This document shows positions 31,500 through 47,214 of a DNA stretch of 64,000 nucleotides, piece after piece. Origin of the DNA: Scenedesmus sp. PABB004 (Eukaryota); assembly GCA_014905635.1 (NCBI GenBank), contig JABVCE010000007.1, positions 248,001 to 312,000 on the forward strand, read 5' to 3'. A model generated the notes under the pieces. That model did not search any database. It saw only the letters and a program-made list of their open reading frames with translations, and was not told the origin of the DNA. The first letter of the stretch is position 1, and the number at the start of each line of letters is the position of its first letter. A program made the position numbers and the translations under genes.

Positions 31500-34400
31500 C
31501 GGCGGCGGCGGCAACAACAACCAGCAGCCGCAGCAGCCGTACCAGCCCAACGACCCCTCGCAGTACAAGCCGGAGCCGCCCGTGGCGGCCAGGAAGGTCA
31601 ACGGTGAGCGCCGCCCGCTGGCCGGCGCAGCCGTACCGCGTCGCTCGCCGCGAGGCGCAGCTGGCAGGACCAGGCCGCAGCCCCGCCACGCGCGCATGCT
31701 GGCCTGTCCGCGCGCGCACGCTGAGCGCTGTGCGGCGGGCCCGCCGCCCGCCGCGCTGTGTGTGCGCAGGCGAGTACGACTACGGGCAGGTGCTGGGCCT
31801 GTCGTTCAAGTTCTATGAGGCCCAGCGCAGCGGCAAGCTGCCGGCCGACAACCGCATCAAGTGGCGTGGCGACTCTGGCGTCAACCAGCGCGCCCCCGAC
31901 GGCCGCGACGTCACCGGCGGCTGGTACGACGCGGGCGACAACGTGAAGTTCAACCTGCCCATGGCCTGGTCCGCCGCGGTGATCGGCTGGTCCCTGGTGG
32001 ACTTCAAGGAGGTGCGCTTTGGCCGCACGTCACCAGGGCGCGGCAGCAGCGGCAGCGGCAGCAGCACGCGCGCACGCGTGACTCACACAAACCGCGCCTC
32101 CGCCCGCTCGCACGACCCACACACGACAGGGCTACGTCAAGGCCGGCGAGTACGACACGGCGCTGGACAACCTCAAGTGGGTGACCGACTATTTCATCAA
32201 GTGCGTCGGCGACGGCACCGAGATTGTGGCGCAGGTCGGCAACGGCCAGCAGGACCACGCCATCTGGGGCCGCCCCGAGGACATCACCAGCCCCGTGCCC
32301 GTCTACACCGTGACCAAGGACCGCCCCGGGTCCGACGTGGTCGGCGCCATGGGCGCTGCCCTGGCCGCCGCGGCGGTCGCGTTCAAGGCGGTCGACCCTG
32401 CGTACAGCAAGCAGCTGACCGACGCCGCGGTCAAGGCCTACAAGTGAGTGCTGCGCTGGGTGTGCCTGGCCGGTCAGCTCAGGCAGCTCAGGCAGCTCAG
32501 GCAGCTCAGGCAGCTCAAGCTGCAGCTCAGGCAGCTCAAGCTGCAGCTCAGGCACTCACCGCACCGCCAGCCCTGGCATCCGCCAGGCTGCCGTTGGCAC
32601 GGCTGCCAGCCGTCTCACGCTGCCGCCGCCGCACGCCCGCGCCACCGCGCAGCTTTGCGTCCAAGTATCCCGGCAGCTACTCCAACTCTGTCTCTGACGC
32701 GGCGAGCTTCTACCGCTCCAGCAACTACTGGGACGACGTCGCGTTCAACGCGCTCTGGCTGTACGTTGCCACCGGCAACGAGGCGTACAAGAAGGCCGGC
32801 TACGACCTGTACACCAAGCACTACCAGACCGAGGACGGCCCGGGCGTGTGGGACAACTTTGACTGGGACAGCAACTCCTGGGGCGCCGTCGTGCTGCTGA
32901 GCCGCTTCTTCCCCAACGACGCGCTCGTCAAGAGCCGCATGGACGGCTTTGTGCAGTCCTGGACCAAGGGCAGCAAGTGGGTGACGTTCACGCCCAAGGG
33001 CCTCGCCTTCTCCGGCCCCTGGGGCTCGCTGCGCCACGTCGGCAACGCCATGTTCCTGATGAAGGCATACACCGCCGAGACGCCCGGCGTGCCGGCGGCG
33101 GTCAAGAACGCGGTCGACTGCTCCGTGCGCCAGCAGCTCGGCTACATCCTGGGCGACACGGGGCGCTCCTTTGTGGTGGGCTACGGCACCAACCCGCCCG
33201 CGCGCCCCCACCACCGCGCGTCGTCCTGCCCGCCCCTGGGCGTGCCGTGCACGTGGGACTACTTCAACAACCCCGGCCCCAACCCGCACACCCTCTACGG
33301 CGCGCTCGTGGGCGGGCCCGGCTCGTCCGACGACTACACCGACGCGCGCAACGACTACATCAAGAACGAGGTCGCCACCGACTACAACGCCGGCTTCACC
33401 GGTGCGCTTGCAGCCGCCGAGGAGGGGCTCAAGTGCAGCGCCGCGCGCAAGAGCGACGACCAGACCCCGGCCGAGCCCACCGAGACCGAGCCTGAGCAGG
33501 AGCCCGTCGTCGCTGAGCCCGTCGCCGAGCCCGAGCCTGTTGCTGAGCCCGTCGCTGAGCCGGGGCCCGTCGCCGAGCCCATCGCTGAGCCTGTCGCCGA
33601 GCCCGTGGCCGCGCCTGAGCCCGAGCCCGTGGCTGCGCCCGAGCCTGGTGAGCTGGCTGGCAGCGCAGCGGCGCGCCTGCGGCTGCGGCTGCCGGCGCAC
33701 TGCTGCCGGCACATCTGCGGCGCTGCTGGCACTCCTGCGCTCACCACGCTGCTGCCCCGCGCGCCCGCAGTCGCCGCGCCCACTGGCACGGACGGCACTG
33801 ACGGCGCGACCTGCAGCGTGCAGCTCAAGGGCTGGGACCAGTGCGGTGGCAAGAGCGGCTGCACCGGCGACAAGTGTGGCGACCAGGTGAGAGAGGCAGC
33901 AGCGGCGCGCGGCCAGCACCTGCGCGCGCCAGCAGCGGCAAAAAGGCAGCAGCCGCGCGCGGTCAGCAGCTGCGCACGGCATCGCGCAGGCCGCGCCGAC
34001 CCTGCCGCCTGCCCGCCGGTGCCGCCGCAGCAATGGCCGGGCCACTGCTGCCCTGCCGGCTACAAGTGCACGCGCAACGATGCGTGGTATTACAACTGCC
34101 AGTCCCAGATGAACGGCGGCGGCGGCGGCGGCAGCAGCGGCGGCAGCGGCGGCGGCAGCAGCGGCGGCCCAAGCACGTACACGCCCGACCCGCCCGTGGC
34201 GGCCAGGAAGGTCAACGGTGAGCGCCGCCCGCTGGCCGGCGCAGCCGTACCGCGTCGCTCGCCGCGAGGCGCAGCTGGCAGGACCAGGCCGCAGCCCCGC
34301 CACGCGCGCATGCTGGCCTGTCAACGCGTGCACGCTGAGCCGCCGCCCCGCCGCGCTGTGTGTGCGCAGGCGAGTACGACTACGGGCAGGTGCTGGGCCT

Positions 34401-36825
34401 GTCGTTCAAGTTCTATGAGGCCCAGCGCAGCGGCAAGCTGCCGGCCGACAACCGCATCAAGTGGCGTGGCGACTCTGGCGTCAACCAGCGCGCCCCCGAC
34501 GGCCGCGACGTCACCGGCGGCTGGTACGACGCGGGCGACAACGTGAAGTTCAACCTGCCCATGGCCTGGTCCGCCGCGGTGATCGGCTGGTCCCTGGTGG
34601 ACTTCAAGGAGGTGCGCTTTGGCCGCACGTCACCAGGGCGCGGCAGCAGCGGCAGCGGCAGCAGCACGCGCGCACGCGTGACTCACACAAACCGCGCCTC
34701 CGCCCGCTCGCACGACCCACACACGACAGGGCTACGTCAAGGCCGGCGAGTACGACACGGCGCTGGACAACCTCAAGTGGGTGACCGACTATTTCATCAA
34801 GTGCGTCGGCGACGGCACCGAGATTGTGGCGCAGGTCGGCAACGGCCAGCAGGACCACGCCATCTGGGGCCGCCCCGAGGACATCACCAGCCCCGTGCCC
34901 GTCTACACCGTGACCAAGGACCGCCCCGGGTCCGACGTGGTCGGCGCCATGGGCGCTGCCCTGGCCGCCGCGGCGGTCGCGTTCAAGGCGGTCGACCCTG
35001 CGTACAGCAAGCAGCTGACCGACGCCGCGGTCAAGGCCTACAAGTGAGTGCTGCGCTGGGTGTGCCTGGCCGGTCAGCTCAGGCAGCTCAGGCAGCTCAG
35101 GCAGCTCAGGCAGCTCAAGCTGCAGCTCAGGCACTCACCGCACCGCCAGCCCTGGCATCCGCCAGGCTGCCGTTGGCACGGCTGCCAGCCGTCTCACGCT
35201 GCCGCCGCCGCACGCCCGCGCCACCGCGCAGCTTTGCGTCCAAGTATCCCGGCAGCTACTCCAACTCTGTCTCTGACGCGGCGAGCTTCTACCGCTCCAG
35301 CAACTACTGGGACGACGTCGCGTTCAACGCGCTCTGGCTGTACGTTGCCACCGGCAACGAGGCGTACAAGAAGGCCGGCTACGACCTGTACACCAAGCAC
35401 TACCAGACCGAGGACGGCCCGGGCGTGTGGGACAACTTTGACTGGGACAGCAACTCCTGGGGCGCCGTCGTGCTGCTGAGCCGCTTCTTCCCCAACGACG
35501 CGCTCGTCACGAGCCGCATGGACGGCTTTGTGCAGTCCTGGACCAAGGGCAGCAAGTGGGTGACGTTCACGCCCAAGGGCCTCGCCTTCTCCGGCCCCTG
35601 GGGCTCGCTGCGCCACGTCGGCAACGCCATGTTCCTGATGAAGGCATACACCGCCGAGACGCCCGGCGTGCCGGCGGCGGTCAAGAACGCGGTCGACTGC
35701 TCCGTGCGCCAGCAGCTCGGCTACATCCTGGGCGACACGGGGCGCTCCTTTGTGGTGGGCTACGGCACCAACCCGCCCGCGCGCCCCCACCACCGCGCGT
35801 CGTCCTGCCCGCCCCTGGGCGTGCCGTGCACGTGGGACTACTTCAACAACCCCGGCCCCAACCCGCACACCCTCTACGGCGCGCTCGTGGGCGGGCCCGG
35901 CTCGTCCGACGACTACACCGACGCGCGCAACGACTACATCAAGAACGAGGTCGCCACCGACTACAACGCCGGCTTCACCGGCGCGCTCGCAGCCGCCGAG
36001 GAGGGGCTCAAGTGCAGCGCCGGCGCCCAGGACGCGCCGCCCGGCGCGGCCGCGCCGCAGACGCTGGGCGCGCCCGCCGTGGCGGAGGAGCCCAGGCGCG
36101 GCAGGCGCGCGGACGCCGACGCTGACGACGCTGAGGCGCCCGCGGCCGAGCCCAAGAAGGCCAGGCACGGCGCGGAGGAGGAGGAGCCCGCCGCGGACGC
36201 GGAGGAGCCGAAGCGCCGCAGGCCCGCCGGCAGCGCCGACGAGCAGCCGGCCGCGGAGGATGAGCCCAAGCACCGCCACGCCGCTGGCGAGCAGCCCGCG
36301 GCCGCCGCCAAGCCGGAGCCCGCGCACCCCGTCGCCGCCGCGAAGCCCGCGGAGCCTGCCAAGCCCGCCGTGGCGCAGGACCCTGCGGCGGCACAGCCGG
36401 CGAAGCCCGCGGCCCAGCCGGCCAAGCCCGCGGCCCAGCCGGCCAAGCCCGCCGCTGCGGCGCAGCCCGCCGCGGCGGCTCGGCCGGCGGCGGCGGCCCC
36501 GGTCCAGGACCTCGCGCCCGAGCCGGCCGCCAGCGCGCCCCACAGCCCGGCGGCACAGGTGTCCATCGCCGCGCTGCCGGCCGCGGCCAAGGCGCCGCTG
36601 CCGGCCAAGCCCGTGGCGCCCCTGCCGGCCAAGCCCGCGGCGCTGCTGCCGGCCAAGCCGGCGGCGCCCCTGCCCGCCAAGCCGGCGGCGCCGGCACCGG
36701 CGCCCGCGGCGAAGCCCTTCATGCTGGCCTCGCTGCTGGCGGCGGTGAAGAGCGCCGACCGGCCCCAGGTGCTGGGCCCGGAGGTGCGCCCCGTGAGCAC
36801 GCGGCGCATGCTGTCCTCTGCGTGA
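30587..36825 (+). CDS. Secreted multimodular cellulase: signal, CBM1-like, polyAsn, GH9, Pro/Glu linker, CBM1-like, Gly/Ser linker, GH9, Pro/Ala/Lys tail
   Basis: Signal MSRALALAALLGLAALASA. CBM1-like W.QCGG...CC..G..C....W.Y.C occurs twice. Both GH9 modules keep FYEAQRSG, GGWYDAGD, RSFVVGYG.NPP.RPHHR and LYGALVGGP..DY.D.R.DY..NEVATDYNA. Exon 2 frame unclear. Confidence 0.9.
31420..31500 (+). repeat. (AAC)n coding microsatellite giving a 27-residue poly-Asn linker
   Basis: AAC/AAT codons in frame between the first CBM1 and the first GH9. Confidence 0.9.
31576..36022 (+). repeat. Near-identical direct repeat of the GH9 module including introns (31576-33443 and 34190-36022)
   Basis: Differences are limited to part of the first intron, the copy number of an intronic GGCAGCTCA repeat and a few SNPs (LVKSR vs LVTSR). 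Confidence 0.95.
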
Positions 36826-37718
36826 ACACACACGCACCTGCAAGGGAACCGCCCACACCATTTTGGCTGCACGCTGTGGGCGCGGGCCTGGCCTTGGGGC
36901 GTGCGCGGGCGCCGCGCTCTGTCTTCTGTGCATGGGTTGACCAGTCAGGGGGGACTTGCGCGGCTGCTCAGCCCTCGCCGCGGCGGCCTGGCTGGCTGCA
37001 GCCTGCCACGCTGGCGGGCGGCCGCCCGCGGGCGGCGGCGCCACCTTAGCGAGAGCGCGGCGGCCCCCCATTTGATCGGCGGCCAGCCGGCGCGGTTTGA
37101 ACAGCTAGAAACTCAACTGCGCCGGGGCGGGGGGACTCTCGCGGCAACCGAATCCCGCCGCTCCGCTCGGTTACTCGCGCGCCCGCGGCAGTGAGTTGGC
37201 GCCGAGACAACAACAACAGCCTGCACCGCCGCGATGCACTCCGTGGTGGTGGTTCGCCGCTCCGCACGCGCCCCCTGCCCGTGAGCAGATGCCCCCCTCG
37301 CCCGCAGTGCCGCCGCCAAGCATCCTCGCCGCAGACGTCACGCAAAACGCGCTGGCGCGCCAAAAGATCAGGGGCGCGCTGCGGTGCGTGCGTCTCACTG
37401 CAGTCCCGCTCCGCCGCCGCTGCAATTGGCGCGGCTGCGCCCTCAAAACAGCCGCACGCGCGGCACGCCGTCCCTGCTGCCGCCGCGGGTCCCTGCTGCC
37501 GCCGCGGCGCGGCGCGGCGCGTGCTGCGCCGCGCCGTGCCGCGGGTCCGCGCCGCGTCCCACGCGGCGGGCCGGGTGAGCACTTCGTTCCCGGCGCCGCC
37601 GCGCGCGCGGGGCGCACGCGCCCGCGCGCACGCCGCCCGCGCCCGCCCACGCGGGCGGGCGGGCGCGGGCGGCGGCGGGGCGCTCGCGCGCCGAGCCCCT
37701 CCAGGCGCGGCCGCCGCT

Positions 37719-39988
<2,270 letters not shown>

Positions 39989-40270
39989 CGCTGGGAGTGA
40001 GATGCGGGCGGGTTCGGGCGTCGAGCGGGACGGCGAGCGAGAGTGGGAGCGCGGGCGCGCGCGGCGGCGGCTTTCGGCGATGCCTGCCGCGGATCTGCAG
40101 CTGGGCGGACAGTTGTCACTCTCGTCCGCGCCTTTTTAGCGACGCCGTGAGCTCGCGGACCGCTAACCGAGACTACCCTGGAGGTCCCCGCCGATGGCGC
40201 AGGCGGGCAGGGGGCGCACGCCGCCAGGCTGCGCCGACGGCCGCCGCCCCGGGCGGCCGCCCCGGACGGC

Positions 40271-40664
40271 CGGCCCGCGGGCGCGCGCACGGGGCGGCTG
40301 CAGGTCCGATGATGCAGGTACACGCGCGCAGAGCTCGACGCACGCCCCGCGCCGCCGCCGCGCTGCCGGTGCCGGGCGCAGGTGCCGCGCGCGGGCTGCT
40401 GAACGCGTGCCAAGCCCAATGGAGGCGCTGGCGGGCCGCCCCGGCCTGGCGCCAGCGCACGTCGGGCTCATGGCGCAGGTCCCGGACGGCCTCGGCCTGC
40501 TGGCGGGGCCCGGCGGCGCCGGCGCGTGGCAGCAGCAGCCGGCGACGATGCAGCGCGGCGCGCGCACGACCACGCCCGGGCGCACCGAGTCGGGCCCGCA
40601 GCCGCTGGCGCCGCTGGAGCAGCTGCGCCTGCTGCAGGCGATGCAGGCGGCCCAGCAGGCGCGC
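40271..40664 (+). pseudogene. Duplicated 5' fragment (upstream region plus first ~82 codons) of the GATA gene at 47863-48259
   Basis: Near-identical to 47863-48259. ATG at 40419 ([12 protein letters not shown]...QAAQQAR), then unrelated sequence; no zinc finger. Confidence 0.8.
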
Positions 40665-41166
40665 GGCGATCACGCGCGGCGTCACCGCACCGCGGCAGCA
40701 GCGCTGCTGCCGCCGGCGTCACCAGCCGGCGAGCCTCGCGTCGCGGGCGTCCCGCGGCCGGCGTGTCGGTGTCGGAGGGAGCCATGTGTGACGCGGAGAT
40801 GCACGGCGCCCCCGCTCCGCGTTGGGGAAGGTCGCGCGGGGCCGGCGCAGGCCGGCGGGCCGGGTGAAGGCCGGCCGGCAGGCTATATCAGCCGTCCCGC
40901 CGTCGTTCCCCGCACTCCCGCTGGCTTGCTCTGGCCGTTTAGTCACGCAGCGAGAAAGCCCGCCAGCCACACGCGCAGACCGAGCCTTCGGGACGCCGCG
41001 TCCCGAGCCCGCCGCGCCCCAGCCCGCCTGTCAGGTGCGCGACGGCGCCTGGCCGCGCGACCTGCACGGCGTGCACCACCAGCGGCGCGGGCCGGCCGCG
41101 GGGCGCCGACCGCCACCGCCGCCCGCCGCTGATGCCGCACCGCCGCTGCCGCCGCTGGCCGCAGGC

Positions 41167-42730
41167 ATGATGCCGCCCGGCGCCGTGCGCGCGGCCGCGC
41201 TGCTGCTCGCGCTCCTCCTGGGCTCCTCCTCGGTGGCGCCCGCCGCGGCCGCGCGGCGCCTCGCCGGCGGCGTGAGCCTGGACCGCGACGTTGGCACGCC
41301 GCCGGTGTACGCTCAGTGGGACTACATCGTGAATACCTGGAACAAGGACCCGCAGCTAACGCCGCTGCTGTCGGTGCTCAGGGAGTTCCAGCTGCCGTCG
41401 GCGCAGGTGCGCGCGCGCCGCCGCCGCCCCGGCCCGGCCCGCGCCGCCGCCGCCGTGCCGGCACGCCGCCGCCGACGCCCGCGCCGCCGCCGCCGCAGGT
41501 TGCCATCCAGTTCAACACGCTCAGCGACACGATCTGGCACACGGGCCAGCAGTTCGATGCCGCGTCGCGCAACCCCAAGTATTGGTGGGCAGCCGGTTTT
41601 GGAGTGCCGTACAATGCCCCCATGCGCGTGGCATCGGTGTCAAAGCCCATCACCGCCGCGGTGTGGCGCACGCCCGCGCTCGCCGCGTGGCTCGACAAGC
41701 CCTTTTACGCCGCGTGGGAGACGTACGTGGGCGACCTCCCCGAGCCCTTGGACGCACGCGTCAAGGCCATCACGCCGCGCCACCTCCTCGCGCACACGAG
41801 TGGCTTTTCGAACGCCGCGATAGGGTTTGACCCCGCGTTCCAGGGCAAGAGCGTCGCCATGCAGATCGGCGGCATCCTCACCTCGACCATGCTGACCGGG
41901 GACCCGGGGTCCAACGACTCCTACTCCAACTTTGGCTACATGATCCTCGCCCGCCTCGCGGCCGGCATCCGGCGCCGGTCCTGGTCCAGCCTCGTGCGCG
42001 GCCTCTTCCCCGCGGGCGCGCCGGTCTTCAGCGCGCGCGACACGCTCGCCTGGCCCGCGACCAACGTCTCGGCGGCCGAGGTGCGGCGGCGGCCGCGGCG
42101 GCGGCGGCGGCGCGGCGGCGGCGGCGGCGGCGGGGCGCCCCTGGCGGCGGGGCCCCGCCCTCGGCAGAGCTGCACGTGCGGCGCGCTGACGGGCTGACAA
42201 CCTGCGGCCGCCGCCGGCGCAGGTCGGTATCTACTATGTGCAGAAGCCTGACACCCAGTTTGACGCGAGCGTGATGGCGGGTGCGTGCCGCGCCTTCTAG
42301 CTGCGCGCAGCATGCCAGCGGGCCCCCAAGGCCCACGGGCCGCGGCGGGCGCCGCGCCGGCCGCGCCGGCCGCGCCCGGCTCACGCCCCCCGCGCGGGCG
42401 CCCGTGCCCTCCGTTGCAGGCAACGGCGCCGTGGTGAGCAACGCCGTGACGCTCTCGTGGTTTGGAACCAACTACTGGGTCGGCGGCGTGGACCTGGTCG
42501 GCAAGAAGCTCAGCGCCGCGCCATCGAAGCCGGGACAGGAGTGGAGCTGGATCATGGACGGCAGCATGCCCGGCACGCTCGCGGCGCTCGTCCAGTACGT
42601 CAACCCGCAGGGCCGCGTCGCGAGCGCGTGCATCATCACCAACACGCGCGTCCCCGACAGCGGAGACTTTCTGGACAAGATCAACGGCGCGGCGCTCACA
42701 ATGCTCCAGACCAAGTTCAAGGACCTCTGA
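41167..42730 (+). CDS. Secreted serine hydrolase of the beta-lactamase/PBP-like family, multi-exon
   Basis: Signal peptide, SxxK (VASVSKPIT), ITPRHLLAHTSG, YxN (YSNFGYMIL), and DGSMPGT at the HxG-equivalent position. Confidence 0.85.
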
Positions 42731-42985
42731 GCACCTGCCGAGCTCGGCGTGAGCAAGCTGACAACCTACGCGGGCTGCAGCCGAGCGCGCCGGCGCGCGC
42801 CCCGCGGCGCCTGCCGCGCGCGAACGTGCCGGCCCTGAGCGCGGCGGCGGAATAACACCATTTCCACTGCGCGGGGACACGGGGGGACTACGCATGTCGG
42901 CCCGCCCTGCCTGGTTGCAGGCCGAGGTTCTATTGAGCGCTGCAGCGCATCCATCCACCACACCCGGCGCCAGGGCTGAGGAAGC

Positions 42986-43048
42986 CCTGCGCGCGTCGCC
43001 TGTTCTGCACCTGCGCGCGTCACCTGTGCTGCACCTGCGCGCGTCACC
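42986..43048 (+). repeat. 24-bp tandem repeat (~2.6 copies) between convergent genes
   Basis: CCTGCGCGCGTC(G/A)CCTGT(T/G)CTGCA units at 42986, 43010 and 43034. Confidence 0.8.
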
Positions 43049-43250
43049 AGCTGGTTCACCGCCCGACTGCAGCGGCAATTTTCTGACTCACCTGGACTCT
43101 GTGCGTTGGGGCTGGGCGGGGGCGACTGAACTCTGACTCTGGAGAGCTGGCTGTGGCCTGGCTGCGGCATCGATGTGTGGTGCTGACGTGTGAGCTGCGG
43201 ATCAGTCGTGACGTGTGAGCTGCCGACGACGGGACAACCTCAACCCGCGG

Positions 43251-43255
43251 TTACA
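43251..43255 (-). promoter_or_regulatory. TGTAA polyadenylation signal of the ArsS-like gene
   Basis: TTACA on the + strand, ~10 nt beyond the stop codon. Confidence 0.5.
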
Positions 43256-43265
43256 CGCGCGCGCC

Positions 43266-45274
43266 TCAGCTCGTCGCGCCCTGGCAGCCCGAGCCCGACC
43301 CCGCGGTGCAGCCGTAGCAGTGGCTGTCGGTGCGCACGAGCAGGCCCGCCACGTCATCGAGCGCGTCGATGTCCCACACCGTCAGCCCCGGCTTGCGGCG
43401 CGGCCGCGGCGGCGCGTCGCCGCCGTCGCCGCCGCCGTCGCCGTCGGTGCTCGCGCTCGCGCTCGCGGTCGCCGGCGGCGGCGGCCCTGGGCGGCCGAGG
43501 ATGGGGAGCTCGAGCTGCTGGTTGAAGTCGCAATCGTACAGCCGCCCGTCCCACGCGACGCTGAGCGTGCCGCGGCACATGAGCCCCGGCACGGTGCCCG
43601 CGTTGAACCCCTCCACCAGCAGCGCCATGTACTGGCTCAGCGCCCCGCTCCGCAGCAGCGAGTCGGCAAAGCGCTTGACCGGCATGTTGTTCAGGCAGAG
43701 CAGGCTGTTGAAGGCCACGCCGTGCACCTGCGACGACGCGCGGCGGACGACGCGGCGGACGACGCGGCGGCGCGTGGGCGCGGGCGGTCGCGGGCGCGGC
43801 GCGGCGAAGCACGGCAGCGGGGCGCGCGCCTGCTGCAGCTCCTGCTTGTACGCCGGCTCCAGCTTGGCCGCCGGCGGCGCGAGGAAGGCGCCGCCTGGGT
43901 TGTAGACCAGGTCCAGCACGAGGCCGCTGCCGGGCTGCCCGTACCCGGCCGCGTTGAGCAGGCGCAGGCCCTGCACGCGCGCGGCGCGGCGCGGCGCGGC
44001 GCAGCGCGGCGCGGCGGGGCGGGGCGGCGGACGGACGTCGCGCGGCGGCGGGCGTCGCACGGCGGGGTGCGGGGGCGGGGCGGGGGGCGCGGCGCGCAGC
44101 GCGCGGCGGGGCCTCGCCTCGATGCTGCGCTCGAACACGCCGTTGCCGCGCTGCTTGTCGACGTTGTCGGCGCCGTAGCAGGGCAGGCTCGCGACGACGC
44201 GCACGCGGTGCTGCGCGAGGAAGGCGGGCAGGTCCTCCTGCCCCGGCTCGCACAGCACGGTGAGGTTGCAGCGGTCGATGATCTCCAGTGACGACCCCAG
44301 CAGCGCGCGCGCCTCGCTGACGAGGTACCTGCGCGTGGCCCGCGGGGGCGGCGGCGGGCGCGCCGGCGGTGAGCCGGCGCGCGGGGGCGACGGCAGCGGC
44401 GGCGTGTGGGGGCGCGCGTGTGGGGCAGGCAGGCAGGGAGCGGCCCGGCGCAGCGGCAGCGGCGGCGCGGCGGCGCGCACCGGAACTGGGCGTTGAGCTC
44501 GGGCGCGCCGCCGGTGATGTCGAGGCAGCTGACCGCCTCGCTGTCCGCGAGCAGCTGCAGGCAACGCTGCGCGGTCGCGCGGTCCATCATCTCGGTGCGG
44601 CTCGGGCTGCTCTCCACGTGGCAGTGGCTGCACGCCTGCGACGCGCGGGCGGCGCGGCCGCCGCCGCACGGTCGGCGGCCGCGCCGGGCGCCGCTCGGCC
44701 GCGCGGCGGCCCCGAGCCGCGCGGCGGCGGCTCGCCTGGTTGCAATAGAGCCCGATGTTCAGCTGCAGCGTGGTGGTCGCGCCGCGCACGAGCGGGCCGA
44801 GGCCCGCCGCCGACAGGCGCGACGCAAAGCCCGGCAGGCCGAGGCCCTGCAGCGAGCGCTTGCGCGCGCGCGCCTCCTCGCGCGTCAGCGCCGCCTGGCC
44901 CTTGGCCGCGAGCGTCGCGAGCGTCGCCTGCAGCTCTGCGCGGCGGCCGGCCCGGTCGCGGCGTCGGGGCCCCGCTCCGCCGCAGACGCGCCGCCGGCCG
45001 CGCCGACGGCCGCGCTCGCCACCGCGCAGCGCCGCGCACCCGCGTCGGCCGCCATGCCCTGCAGCGTCTCCGGCACCAGCGAGGAGCGCTCCCCCGCTGC
45101 CGCCCGTGCGCCGCACGGCCGCCTGCGCGGCCGGCTGCGGAGCAGCGGCGCTCGCGCGGCGCCGCGCCGCGGCCGCCCGATGTCGCGAGGCGCGCGCCCG
45201 CACCTGACGCACTCGGCGCTGCCATCCCCTCGCCGCCGGGCCGCCGGGGCGCCGGCTCGGCGCGCCGCGAGCAT
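43266..45274 (-). CDS. arsS: ArsS-like radical SAM protein (arsenosugar biosynthesis family, DUF3641 C-terminal domain)
   Basis: [22 protein letters not shown] (CxxxCxxC), [83 protein letters not shown]. Confidence 0.9.
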
Positions 45275-45590
45275 CGCCGCCGCCGTCGCCGCGCCGCTGC
45301 CGCTGCTGCTGCTGCCTGCTGCCTGTCCGCACGCTCGTCGCCCTCGGTGCGTGTGCGGGAGGAGCAGCTGTGCTGTGACCGGGCCGAGCGCAGCGAGGGG
45401 AACAGCTTGCGCCAGGGCCCGAAAAACCGCTGCCCAGCCAGCACGCGGGCCCCGCGCGCCGCGCCGCTGGCTGACCGCCACCGTGCCACCACTGCACGCG
45501 TCCCGCGCCCCACGCAGAAGCTGTGCCCGCGCGCAGCAGCCGCGCACCGCCGGCCCCAGCAGCGCCGCGGGCAGGAAGCACCAATCAGCC

Positions 45591-47214
<1,624 letters not shown>

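Noticed and set aside
32475..32533. GGCAGCTCA and 24-bp (42986) repeats as CRISPR-like arrays
   Set aside because: No unique spacers, no cas genes, eukaryotic context.
43266..43330. Selenocysteine recoding in the ArsS-like gene
   Set aside because: The C-terminal motif uses Cys codons, and the TGA is followed closely by a TGTAA poly(A) signal.
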